Positions 37,033-46,117 of a stretch of DNA of 64,000 bases are shown one piece after another. The notes under the pieces were generated by a model. It had not been told where the DNA came from. It was given only the letters and a program-made list of their open reading frames with translations, and did no database searches. Position 1 is the first letter of the stretch, and each line of letters begins with the position of its first letter. The DNA is from Candidatus Hydrogenedentota bacterium (GTDB taxonomy: Bacteria; Hydrogenedentota; Hydrogenedentia; Hydrogenedentales; SLHB01). The DNA lies in the NCBI GenBank assembly GCA_963674865.2, contig CAXXYE010000008.1, forward strand, positions 320,001 through 384,000. The letters run 5' to 3'. The position numbers and the translations under genes are program-made.

Positions 37033-38250
37033 ATGGCTACCGCGCGACAACGAATTCGCCTGCCCCGCGCCATGTGGCGCCGCGCCCTGGCCGGCCTCTT
37101 GCGGGGGCGTATCTGGGACGGGCCGGAGATCGAGGCATTTGAGAAGGCCTTCGCGGAGTTTGTCGGCGTTTCTCATGCCATCACCGTTCCCTCGGGCCGG
37201 GCCGGGCTCAAGTTCATTCTCGATGGACTCGAACTGCCGCCAGGGGGCGAGGTCATCGTCCCGGCGTTCACTTATCCTATTGTGCCGGCCGTCGTGAAGG
37301 CGGCGGGTTGCACGCTGCGATTCGCGGATTGCGAGATGACGGCTCTGGGCATCGATCCGGAGGCCCTGGCGGCGCGCGTGTCCCCGGCCACGAAGGTAAT
37401 TCTCGCCACGCACCTTTACGGCGTGCCTTGCAGAATAGGGGAAATCCAGGAGATTGCCCGCGGCTGCGGCGCCATCGTCATCGAAGACTGCGCGCATGCT
37501 TGCGGCGCGCGCGTGGGCCAACAGCGAACCGGCGCGATCGGGCGGGCCGCTTACTTCAGCTTCGAGACGTCAAAGTGCATCAACACGCTGGGCGGGGGGA
37601 TGATCACAACGATGGACGCGGCCTTGGCCGAGCGCATCCGTGCTATCCGCGCGCGTGAGCAGCGCCAAGGCGCAGCGTGGCTGCTCAAGCGGCTTATGAC
37701 AACTTCCTTCGAGGCCCTGGCCACCTCGCCCTCGCTCTTCAATCTGGCCGTCTATCCTGCCCTCCGTCTTGTCGCCCTGAAAGGTGGGGCCGACGATGCC
37801 GTTGCGACGGCGTATGTGGGCGACGAGGACACGGTTGTCGCGCCTCGCATGGGGTGCTATACGAACTATCAGGCCGCGTTGGGACTGGAGCAGTTGGGGG
37901 CGCTCGGCGCGCGAAACGAGCGGCGCAAGGCCAATGCCACGCGCCTGATGGACGCCCTGCACGACACGGTGGCGTTTCAACGCGCAGCGGGGCCGGATGA
38001 TGAATCGAACTACATGCTTGTGACTGCGCTGTTCCCGGATATGGAGGCCATGGCGCTGCAGCTTCTGAAGCTCGGAGTCGACACGAAGCGCCGGTACATT
38101 CGCGATTGCAGCCGGCTGTTCGATACGGGCGAGCATTTCCCCAATGCTGCAAGGGCTGAACGCGAGGCCCTCCATCTGCCTGCCTACCCGGAACTTAGCC
38201 TCGCGGCAATCGATCACGTCGCCGCCAAAGTCCGGCAAGCTACGCGCTGA
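37033..38250 (+). CDS. DegT/DnrJ/EryC1/StrS family PLP aminotransferase
   Basis: SGRAGL, EVIVPAFT, HLYG, IEDCAHACG, FSFETSK..GGG. Confidence 0.92.
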   Translation: MATARQRIRLPRAMWRRALAGLLRGRIWDGPEIEAFEKAFAEFVGVSHAITVPSGRAGLKFILDGLELPPGGEVIVPAFTYPIVPAVVKAAGCTLRFADCEMTALGIDPEALAARVSPATKVILATHLYGVPCRIGEIQEIARGCGAIVIEDCAHACGARVGQQRTGAIGRAAYFSFETSKCINTLGGGMITTMDAALAERIRAIRAREQRQGAAWLLKRLMTTSFEALATSPSLFNLAVYPALRLVALKGGADDAVATAYVGDEDTVVAPRMGCYTNYQAALGLEQLGALGARNERRKANATRLMDALHDTVAFQRAAGPDDESNYMLVTALFPDMEAMALQLLKLGVDTKRRYIRDCSRLFDTGEHFPNAARAEREALHLPAYPELSLAAIDHVAAKVRQATR

Positions 38251-38626
38251 CGCCCGTGTCCTTTGGCCAATCGCCGATGATCTTCAGTAACTTCGAAATG
38301 TAGGCGCATTCGCACGGCTCGTCGCATCGCCTAAGTTCGCCCTTGAACAGGCAATACTCGGGCCGGGCGCCTATGCAGGTTGGCGGCGTGACGAATATGG
38401 GGCCGTCGCACATCCCATTGAAACGGTGCACTTTAAGTGCCATGGTCGTGCCGCATTCGCGGTGGCAGAATAAGAATAAACCTGTCTCCAGGCGCTCGAA
38501 GTGTGTCTGATAGCCGACCGAGAGAACGGCGGGATCACTCAAGAATGAGTCCCGTGTGGTCCATGTGCGGCCACAGAATGGACAGCATTTGAAGACTTCT
38601 TGTTCCGGTTCCGAAGGCCGACTCAC
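38240..38626 (-). CDS. Cys-rich hypothetical protein
   Basis: CPFC, CHREC, CDEPCEC motifs in a 128-aa ORF. Confidence 0.65.
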   Translation of the reverse strand: MSRPSEPEQEVFKCCPFCGRTWTTRDSFLSDPAVLSVGYQTHFERLETGLFLFCHRECGTTMALKVHRFNGMCDGPIFVTPPTCIGARPEYCLFKGELRRCDEPCECAYISKLLKIIGDWPKDTGVSA

Positions 38627-38715
38627 TGAGTTGATACTCCGCTTTCATATTGGATTCATGCTCTTGTCTTGGGGCTGTCCGAGTACATCCTGGATGGTGG
38701 GAGCATTCCCGCTGC

Positions 38716-39264
38716 CTATCGCGGGGAGCCGTTGAGCGACTCAACGATGATGTTGGTATTGGTGTAAACACAAATGCCGGCGGCCACGGTGAGCGCCTCG
38801 CGGACAATCCCCTCGGCATCGAGCGAGGAATGGGCCATCAGGGCGCGGGCCGCGGCGAGGGCGTAGGGGCCGCCGGAGCCGATGGCAAGGATACCGTCGT
38901 CGGGCTCGATGATTTCCCCGCTGCCTGCGATGAGGAGGGATTTCTCGGCGTCGCTTACAGCAAGCAGCGCCTCTAGTTGGCGCAGAAACTTGTCGGTGCG
39001 CCAGTCCTTTCCCAGTTCCACGGCGGCGCGGGTGAGGTTGTTGTTGAATTCCTTGAGTTTGGCCTCAAAGCGCTCAAAAAGGGTGAAGGCGTCGGCCACG
39101 GCGCCGGCAAATCCGGCCAGGACGCGATCATCGGCCAGGCGGCGTATCTTCGTCGCACGATCTTTCATAATGGTCGCGCCGAGGGTGACTTGGCCGTCGC
39201 CGCCGAGAGCGACTTGGCCGTCCTTGCGGACGCCCACGACGGTGGTTGCGTGAAACTTCTCCAT
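38716..39264 (-). CDS. hslV: ATP-dependent protease subunit HslV
   Basis: [70 protein letters not shown]. Confidence 0.97.
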   Translation of the reverse strand: MEKFHATTVVGVRKDGQVALGGDGQVTLGATIMKDRATKIRRLADDRVLAGFAGAVADAFTLFERFEAKLKEFNNNLTRAAVELGKDWRTDKFLRQLEALLAVSDAEKSLLIAGSGEIIEPDDGILAIGSGGPYALAAARALMAHSSLDAEGIVREALTVAAGICVYTNTNIIVESLNGSPR

Positions 39265-39367
39265 GAGGGAGTCCTCCTGGCTAAGTTCTAACACATGTTC
39301 CCCCCCGCGGCAAGTGAGCGAAGGCCGTGTTGCCCTCCAAGGGGCTTGGCCGATACAATCTGCGGCC

Positions 39368-40492
39368 ATGGTGCACATTTGTTCTTGGCTTATTGTCGGC
39401 TACCGTCTGATCAAGTACGTCCTCTATCGCCTCGGGCTGCTCAAGTGCCCGAACTTCATGGAAGTCTACTACCACTGCATGACCATCGTTGGGGACATGC
39501 TCCAGTGGTATAAGAAACTCGCCGTGATTGGGCCTGAGAACTGCCCCAAAACGGGCCCGGCGATATTCGCGGGGAATCACGCCAAGCTGGACGATCCGTT
39601 CTACCTGTTTCGGGCCATCTACCTGGCAAGCGATGGCAACATCTTTCCCCGGGCGATGATGCGGGATGATTTCTTCAGCGCCCGCGCCAAGTCGCGTTTG
39701 CTCGATCCCGACGAGATACTGAGGCTCGTCGGCGCCGTCCAATTCAACCGGGAAAATGTGCGCGTGTCGCAATTGCGGCCGTTCCTGGGCCTTCTGCGCG
39801 AGGGGAAGTGTTTCATGATGTATCCCGGGCGCACGCGCAGCCGAAGCGGTCTGTTCATGGAGTATCGCGAAGGCATTGACGAGCCCGGCAGCGTGGCGTT
39901 CTTCCTTGCCCTGGTGGGGCGGGGCCAGGACGCGGTTCAGGTGCCAGCGGTTCCCGCGACGCGGACGTACAACCCGGTTACGCGGCGCTCCACCCTTGTT
40001 TTCGGCAAGCCGCTGTATGCCGATCCCGGAGCCAAGCGCGCCGAGCAACGACTGCTCGATTTCCGCCTGTATGAGGCCATGAGCGACTTGGTTGAGATGA
40101 CGGTTCCCCATCTGGTGAGTGCGCTGCTCTACGTGCGGTGTCTGCACCACTTGCCGCAGACGCTCGAAGTGCGGGCGCTCGAGGCCGCCGTGGCGCAGGT
40201 TCTCGAGGCCGTGCAGCACCGTCCCATCGAGCCGGAGGCGCTGGCCAATCTTCCGAAGGCCGTCAAGAAGACTTTGAAGTACCTGCGCAAGCAGGGCGTG
40301 TTGCAGCTCCATCAGAGCACGATCGAGCTGGACACAGCGGCCATCCTTTCATGTCCGCCCCTCGACAAGTCCTACGGGGAACTCAATCCTGTCAAATACC
40401 TGACGAACCAGATCCTGCACCTACTCGACGTCATGGCGGCCGTTGAGCAGGCCGCGCTGGCCATGGAGAAAAGCGAGGCGGCCTCTTCGTAG
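39368..40492 (+). CDS. Glycerol-3-phosphate/lysophospholipid acyltransferase family protein
   Basis: NHAKLDD (HxxxxD), [10 protein letters not shown]; extended PlsB-like C-terminus. Confidence 0.8.
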   Translation: MVHICSWLIVGYRLIKYVLYRLGLLKCPNFMEVYYHCMTIVGDMLQWYKKLAVIGPENCPKTGPAIFAGNHAKLDDPFYLFRAIYLASDGNIFPRAMMRDDFFSARAKSRLLDPDEILRLVGAVQFNRENVRVSQLRPFLGLLREGKCFMMYPGRTRSRSGLFMEYREGIDEPGSVAFFLALVGRGQDAVQVPAVPATRTYNPVTRRSTLVFGKPLYADPGAKRAEQRLLDFRLYEAMSDLVEMTVPHLVSALLYVRCLHHLPQTLEVRALEAAVAQVLEAVQHRPIEPEALANLPKAVKKTLKYLRKQGVLQLHQSTIELDTAAILSCPPLDKSYGELNPVKYLTNQILHLLDVMAAVEQAALAMEKSEAASS

Positions 40493-40511
40493 GTGGCTTG
40501 CTCGATGGGCG

Positions 40512-41675
40512 TCAGGGCGGGGGACTTTTCTGGGCGAAGACCTTGTCGAAGTTTGTCTCGTAGATCTTCCGGAGCACCTCGTCGCTGAGGGCGAGTCCGT
40601 GGAGGATGCCGTACGTGTTCTGGGCGGGGGCATAAGCGTAGGGGGAGCCGCGCGCGGCGAAGGAGAAGACGTAGGTGTCCTTCTCTAGCATGTTGCGGCA
40701 CGCCAGGATGACGGCCTCTATCCACGCCGAGGTCTTCTCGCTGTTACCCGTCACCACCATGTCGGTTCCGAAGAGAATGCGGTCGCTGTACCTATCGCAG
40801 AACGCGCGAAAGACGTCCCGGTACTCGCTCACCATCTCAAGGCCATGAACCAGGATCGAGCGCGTGCCCAGACTTGTGTCGGTGTATAGGTTCGGATAGG
40901 CGTCCAGTAGCTTCTCGAGGCGATGGAAGGGCTTTCCCGTCGGCCTGTAGAAGGCGACGCCGAAATGGGGGATGATCACCGTGAGTCCGGGAAAACGCGC
41001 CATGACGCGCTCGAACTCGTTGGCATAGCGCATCAGATTGACGTGCCAGCAGATGGGGAGGCCCGTCTCCTGGCAGTACGCATAGATGGGCAGCATCTCT
41101 AACGCGTCCAGGGGGCGATCATGGAAGCTGCCGTGCCCGGTGTATAGCTTGAGGCCCACCGCGCCCTCGGCCGCGTACTTCTTGACCTTGTCCAGGGCGG
41201 CCGGGTCGCCGGGATGGATGGTGCAGAAGGGCGTCACCCGCCCGGGGAAGGCGCGTGCGATGCGCAGGACTTCCTCCGAACTCCAGTCAGTCATCTCATC
41301 CGGGGCATGCCCTTGCCCGAGCAAGGTGAAGGCCGAACTCGCGACGAAAAGCGTCTTGACAATGCCGGTCTTCTCGGCCGCGGCGAAGTAGTTGTCGAGA
41401 TGAGACTTCTTGTAGACGTGCTCATGGGCATTGACGACGGCGAAATCCCGCAGCGGCGACGTCTGGATGCTGCCGTGCTCGGCCGCGTGGGGGAGGGGCC
41501 CCGGCTTCTGTCTGGTACGGCGGCCCAGTGCGGCCAATGTGACGAAATTCATCACGAGAAGGCCCGCCACCAGTGCCCAGAGAATGGTTCGGGCCGGATC
41601 GCGCGGTGCGCCCGAGGCGGGGGCCGCGTGCGTCTGAACGGGAGTCTCGCCGGATTTCTTCTTGCGTTTTGACAT
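40512..41675 (-). CDS. Membrane-anchored amidohydrolase (Amidohydro_2)
   Basis: N-terminal TM helix; NAHEH, GLKLY, PHFG, YTDTS, RILFGTD. Confidence 0.85.
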   Translation of the reverse strand: MSKRKKKSGETPVQTHAAPASGAPRDPARTILWALVAGLLVMNFVTLAALGRRTRQKPGPLPHAAEHGSIQTSPLRDFAVVNAHEHVYKKSHLDNYFAAAEKTGIVKTLFVASSAFTLLGQGHAPDEMTDWSSEEVLRIARAFPGRVTPFCTIHPGDPAALDKVKKYAAEGAVGLKLYTGHGSFHDRPLDALEMLPIYAYCQETGLPICWHVNLMRYANEFERVMARFPGLTVIIPHFGVAFYRPTGKPFHRLEKLLDAYPNLYTDTSLGTRSILVHGLEMVSEYRDVFRAFCDRYSDRILFGTDMVVTGNSEKTSAWIEAVILACRNMLEKDTYVFSFAARGSPYAYAPAQNTYGILHGLALSDEVLRKIYETNFDKVFAQKSPPP

Positions 41676-41979
41676 GGCCTGCCTGGAGCCGCCGGGATGA
41701 AGGCCCGTGGCCACAGACGGCTCCGCCCCAACTATAATCAGCGGGGCCACGGCGTGCAAAAGCGCGAAATGCTCGCGGCGGGCCTGTCATTCCCAGCCGG
41801 CGCCTTGTCCGTTTGTCCGCAATCGCCGGCCAACTCCGCGGCGCCGCGCACACGGCCCTTGAATGACGCTACCGGGGTTCGTTGCACGAGGGCCCGTAAC
41901 GTGCTACTATTCCCGCTAATCCTGCGCCATGTACGATTGGCCGTGGGTGTTTTTTGTGCCGATTTAGGGAGAGTTAAGC

Positions 41980-43059
41980 ATGGCTAGTTACAAGATTGCG
42001 CTGATGCCGGGTGACGGAACGGGGCCGGAAGTACTCCGGGAAGGAGTGAAGGTCGTTCAGGCCGCCGCGGAGCGCTTTGGATTCAAGCTCGAGACAACCG
42101 AGTACGATTTTGGGGGCGATCGCTATCTTGCGACGGGCGAGGTGCTGCCCGACTCCGGTATTGAGGAGTTGAGAGGCTACGATTCCATCTACCTCGGCGC
42201 TATCGGCCATCCGGACGTCAAGCCCGGCATCCTCGAGAAGGGCATTCTCCTGAGAGTGCGCTTCGAGCTTGATCAGTACATTAACCTTCGGCCCGTGAAG
42301 CTCTATCCGTGCGTCGAGACGCCCGTCAAGGACAAGGGGCCCGAGGAGATCGATTTCGTCGTCGTACGTGAGAACTCCGCCGGACTTTACACCGGCTTTG
42401 GCGGTGTCCAACGGAAGGGCACGCCCTACGAAGTGGCGGTGCAGGAGATGGTATACACGCGCAATGAGGTGGATCGCTGCCTTCGGTACGCGTTCGAGTA
42501 TGCCCGCCAACGCAACAAGGCCAAGACGCTCACGCTCTGCGGCAAGACGAACGTGTTGACGTTTGTCTACGACCTCTGGGAACGCGCGTTCCATGCCATG
42601 GGCGAGAAGGAGTTCCCCGATATCAAGCGCGATTACGCCCACGTGGACGCCACCACTATGTGGATGGTGAAGAATCCGGAATGGTTCGACGTGATCGTCA
42701 CGGGCAATATGTTCGGCGACATCATTACGGATCTCGGTGCCATGGTGCAGGGCGGGATGGGCATCGCCGCGGGCGGCAACATCAATCCCGAAGGCGTCTC
42801 GATGTTCGAGCCCATCGGCGGCAGTGCGCCGAAGTATACCGGGCAAAACGTGATCAATCCGTTGGCGTGCATCTTCGCCGGCCAGATGCTGCTCGAGCAT
42901 CTCGGCGAGCGCGAGGCGGCGTCCTGCATCGAGAAGGCGTGTGTAGCGTTTCTCGAATCAGGCGCGCTGTCGGGCATGTCCGCCAAGCAGATCAAAGAGT
43001 CCGGGATGTCGACCACGAAGATCGGCGACGCCATCGCGGAATACGTCGGCACGGTATAG
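41980..43059 (+). CDS. leuB: 3-isopropylmalate dehydrogenase family beta-decarboxylating dehydrogenase (copy 1)
   Basis: PGDGTGPEV, EKGILLRVR, NLRPVK, VVRENS, KTNVL, NMFGDIITD, FEPIGGSAP. Confidence 0.8.
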   Translation: MASYKIALMPGDGTGPEVLREGVKVVQAAAERFGFKLETTEYDFGGDRYLATGEVLPDSGIEELRGYDSIYLGAIGHPDVKPGILEKGILLRVRFELDQYINLRPVKLYPCVETPVKDKGPEEIDFVVVRENSAGLYTGFGGVQRKGTPYEVAVQEMVYTRNEVDRCLRYAFEYARQRNKAKTLTLCGKTNVLTFVYDLWERAFHAMGEKEFPDIKRDYAHVDATTMWMVKNPEWFDVIVTGNMFGDIITDLGAMVQGGMGIAAGGNINPEGVSMFEPIGGSAPKYTGQNVINPLACIFAGQMLLEHLGEREAASCIEKACVAFLESGALSGMSAKQIKESGMSTTKIGDAIAEYVGTV

Positions 43060-43169
43060 CATTACCGCACGATATCCCGAACACGGCGCCTTTCTTTTGT
43101 CCCCGGCTTAACCGGGGCGCGATGCCGTGCATCTCGCGAGCTTTGCTTCCCGCGTAAGGCAGACATCTT

Positions 43170-44264
43170 ATGAAATCCCATTCGATAGCGATTCTCGAAG
43201 GCGACGGCATCGGCCCGGAGGTCATGGCCGAAGCGCTCAAAGTGCTTGACGCCGTGAGCAAGCGCGCCGGTGTCGAGTTCGAGTTGAACCGTGCCCTATT
43301 CGGGGGCAAGGCCTACTTCGAGGCCGGTCTATCCTTTCCCGAGGAAACCAAGGCCATCTGCGATGCGGCAGACGCCATCCTCAAGGGGCCCATCGGCCTG
43401 AGCTACGAGGAGTCGCAGCGAATCCCCGTCGACGAACAGCCCGAGCGGGGCGGACTGCTGCCGCTGCGCAAACGCTACAACACCTTCGCCAATTTCCGGC
43501 CCGTGTATCTGCCCCCGGAGCTTACCCATTTCTCGCCGCTCCGTCCTGAGCGGGTGGCTGACGGCATCGATATCGTCATGATCCGCGAGTTGGTTGGCGG
43601 GCTGTATTTCGGCGCCAAGGAGCAGGGAACGACGGCGGACGGCCTCCGCTACGTCAAAGAGGCCCTCGAATACAACGAGGCCGAGATCAAGCGCATTCTG
43701 ATCGTCGCGTTCGAGGAGGCCCGGAAGCGTCGCAAGCTGCTTCACAGCATCCACAAGAGCAACGTGCTCATGTCCAGCGTCCTGTGGAACGAACTCGTCG
43801 ATGAACTGGCGGGAAACTATCCCGACGTGCAGGTGAAACACGTCATCGTCGACGCCGCCGCGACGGCGCTTGTCCTCAATCCACAGCAGTTCGACGTGAT
43901 GGTGATGGAAAACATGTTCGGCGATATCCTGAGCGACTTGGCGGGGGGCATCCTCGGCTCACTCGGCCTGATGCCCTCGGCCTGCATCGGCGCCGAGAAG
44001 TCCTACTACGAGCCTTCCCACGGTTCGGCGCCGGATATCGCGGGACAGGGAATTGCCAATCCCTACTCGATGATCGGCTCCGTGGCCCTCATGCTCGAGA
44101 AGAGCTTCGACATGCCGGCCGAGGGGCGGGCGATCTGGGACGCCCTGCGGCGCGTCTTCGGCGCCGGCTATGTCACGGCGGACCTCGCCGACCGCGCTCC
44201 CGGCCTCGAGGTCATCTCGACAAGCCGCTTCGGCGACGAGGTCCTGGCGGCGCTGGACGCGTAG
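43170..44264 (+). CDS. leuB: 3-isopropylmalate dehydrogenase (copy 2)
   Basis: [69 protein letters not shown]. Confidence 0.92.
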   Translation: MKSHSIAILEGDGIGPEVMAEALKVLDAVSKRAGVEFELNRALFGGKAYFEAGLSFPEETKAICDAADAILKGPIGLSYEESQRIPVDEQPERGGLLPLRKRYNTFANFRPVYLPPELTHFSPLRPERVADGIDIVMIRELVGGLYFGAKEQGTTADGLRYVKEALEYNEAEIKRILIVAFEEARKRRKLLHSIHKSNVLMSSVLWNELVDELAGNYPDVQVKHVIVDAAATALVLNPQQFDVMVMENMFGDILSDLAGGILGSLGLMPSACIGAEKSYYEPSHGSAPDIAGQGIANPYSMIGSVALMLEKSFDMPAEGRAIWDALRRVFGAGYVTADLADRAPGLEVISTSRFGDEVLAALDA

Positions 44265-44277
44265 CGGGCCGTATACG

Positions 44278-45189
44278 ATGCCTCGCGCCCAGAAAATCGC
44301 CGCCGCACTGGCCCTGGCCGTGGCCGCGGGAGGATGGTCGCTCTCGCCCGTCTTCATCCGCGTGCTCAGCGGCAACTACGACGTCTATACGCAGGCGTTC
44401 ATCCGCTACTTCAGCGCCGTGGTGATGCTTGTCCCGATCAGCCTCATCTGGTTTCCCCGCGACTTCCTGCGGATGCTCCGCTCGCCGCTGCCGCTCGTCG
44501 TGCTGGCGGGCGTCAACGCGCTCACCCAACTGCTTTGGACGGCCGGCTGCTACGGTGCCCCGCCGACGCTCGCCCAGCTTATCAGCAAACTCTCCATCAT
44601 CTTCGTGATCGTGTTCAGCTTTGCCGTCTTTCGTGAAGAGCGGGCCATTATCCGGAGCCCCCGCTATCTCCTTGGTACATTGCTCGGCATTATCGGCGTG
44701 GCCGGCGTCCTGGCCGACGAGCCCGGCTCGCTGAGGCCCGTCATCAACGTGTCTGTACTGATCCTATTCGTCGTGGCCATCGGCTGGGCGGGCTATACGG
44801 TTCTCGCCAAGCACCTTGTCGCCGGCAGGCACCCTGTGCCCATGTTCACCGTCGTCGCCATCGCCACTACGGCCGCCTTCGTGCCGTTCATGTTCGTCCT
44901 GGGCGATCCCGGCCAGCTCACCCGCGCCGGCCTCCGCGTCACCGCTATCGCCTTCCTTTCCGGCACACTGCCCATCGCCGCCGCCCACCCCGCTTATTAC
45001 TACGCCCAGAAACGCCTCGGCGCGGCCTTCTGCGGCAGCATCATCCTGCTCAATCCACTCCTGACATACGCCTTTGCGCGCATCGTCTGGCCCGATGAGC
45101 ACCTACTCGCCATCCAATGGATCGGCGGCGGCATCCTCCTTGCCGGCGTCTTCCTCGTCACCCACGCCCGTGCCCGGAATCAGGGCTGA
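44278..45189 (+). CDS. EamA/DMT family transporter
   Basis: About ten hydrophobic helices with two-fold internal repeat; FREE..; QWIGGGILLAGV. Confidence 0.88.
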   Translation: MPRAQKIAAALALAVAAGGWSLSPVFIRVLSGNYDVYTQAFIRYFSAVVMLVPISLIWFPRDFLRMLRSPLPLVVLAGVNALTQLLWTAGCYGAPPTLAQLISKLSIIFVIVFSFAVFREERAIIRSPRYLLGTLLGIIGVAGVLADEPGSLRPVINVSVLILFVVAIGWAGYTVLAKHLVAGRHPVPMFTVVAIATTAAFVPFMFVLGDPGQLTRAGLRVTAIAFLSGTLPIAAAHPAYYYAQKRLGAAFCGSIILLNPLLTYAFARIVWPDEHLLAIQWIGGGILLAGVFLVTHARARNQG

Positions 45190-45267
45190 AGCGCGCCGAA
45201 ATGGCCCACGCCGTAGGGCGCGATCTTGAACCAACCGGCCTGACGCGACATGAGATGCCCATCCAGA

Positions 45268-45426
45268 TCCTCGGTAGCTCAGTTGGTAGAGCGGGTGGCT
45301 GTTAATCCCGCCTGCGGCGGGACCTACGGCCCAGTCACAGGTCGAGGCGCAGCCGAGATACCGCGCTACCGGCGCGGTATTTGAGTCCAGTCGCGGATCT
45401 CGCCGCATGCAGGGCCCGAGGAGCGA
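45268..45426 (+). pseudogene. Interrupted tRNA-Asn copy with three palindromic insertions
   Basis: First 38 nt are identical to the intact tRNA. Later blocks GTCACAGGTCGAG, GAGTCCAGTC and CCGAGGAG are separated by hairpin-containing inserts. Confidence 0.8.
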
Positions 45427-45551
45427 GAGCGTCTTCCTCGTCACCCATGGCCGCGCCCGAAATCGGTGCTGAAGCGCGCCGAAATGGCCCTCGCCGCCCG
45501 CCGCGATCTTGAACCCGCCGCGCTCAACATGGTATAAGATGCCCATCCAGA

Positions 45552-45627
45552 TCCTCGGTAGCTCAGTTGGTAGAGCGGGTGGCTGTTAACCACTAGGTCA
45601 CAGGTTCGAGTCCTGTCCGAGGAGCCA
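45552..45627 (+). tRNA. tRNA-Asn (GTT)
   Basis: 76-nt cloverleaf TCCTCGGTAGCTCAGTTGGTAGAGCGGGTGGCTGTTAACCACTAGGTCACAGGTTCGAGTCCTGTCCGAGGAGCCA. Confidence 0.98.
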
Positions 45628-45637
45628 TGACCCTTTC

Positions 45638-45682
45638 AATGCGAGAACTTGCCCCCATCGGAGTTCTCGCATTTTCTGTTTT
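45638..45682 (+). terminator. Hairpin/terminator after tRNA-Asn
   Basis: AATGCGAGAACT-N12-AGTTCTCGCATT followed by TTCTGTTTT. Confidence 0.65.
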
Positions 45683-45856
45683 CAGGCCAACTGCTCTCTC
45701 ACCCTCATAGACGCAGCGAAGGACCAAAACGTGCGGCCCCATAGTCTCTGCTTCCGCAAGTAGCAATTTCAGCAACAGCTCCAACCCTGCAGGCACATAA
45801 GGCCTTGTAACCGAAGGGGAAACTCTGCGACGATCTTTGGTGACACAATCCAACAA

Positions 45857-45888
45857 ACCGCGGGTTCGAATCCCGCCCTCGCTAGCCA
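45857..45888 (+). other. Isolated tRNA 3'-half relic (tRNA-Ser-like T-arm/acceptor), probable att remnant
   Basis: ACCGCGGGTTCGAATCCCGCCCTCGCTAGCCA with no D-arm or anticodon arm upstream. Confidence 0.6.
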
Positions 45889-45947
45889 TGCTCTATGTGG
45901 TCTCCGATGAGTTGATCCCGGACAGCCACAGTCGCGGCCATGAACAT
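45888..45947 (+). pseudogene. Fragment of ZIP (ZupT/GufA) metal transporter gene
   Basis: MLYVVSDELIPDSHSRGHE matches the ZIP C-terminal motif; the rest of the gene is absent. Confidence 0.6.
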
Positions 45948-46089
45948 CCGTGCAAGATGCGAGAATCCTCGCCGGACTTCCTGTCGAGCTCGGCGATTCG
46001 TCGGCAGTCCGTCCAGAAGTTGAAGGGGATATTCGGTCCGGCGTTTCGAGGTTGAGCGCTCGTTCGACTCGTTCTCGGGACGTGGTCAC
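45945..46089 (-). pseudogene. N-terminal fragment of uroporphyrinogen decarboxylase/MtaA-like protein, frameshifted
   Basis: MTTSRERVERALNLETPDRI, continuing in another frame as PFNFWTD..AELDRK. Confidence 0.55.
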
Positions 46090-46117
46090 GCGCTGTCTTC
46101 AGACTACGGACGCCTTT

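Larger units (their letters stand above)
45146..45627 (+). repeat. Tandem duplication (EamA 3' end + promoter + tRNA-Asn); copy 1 45146-45428, copy 2 45429-45627
   Basis: GCGTCTTCCTCGTCACCCA..GCTGAAGCGCGCCGAAATGGCCC..GCGATCTTGAACC..AGATGCCCATCCAGATCCTCGGTAGCTCAG each occur twice. Confidence 0.92.
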
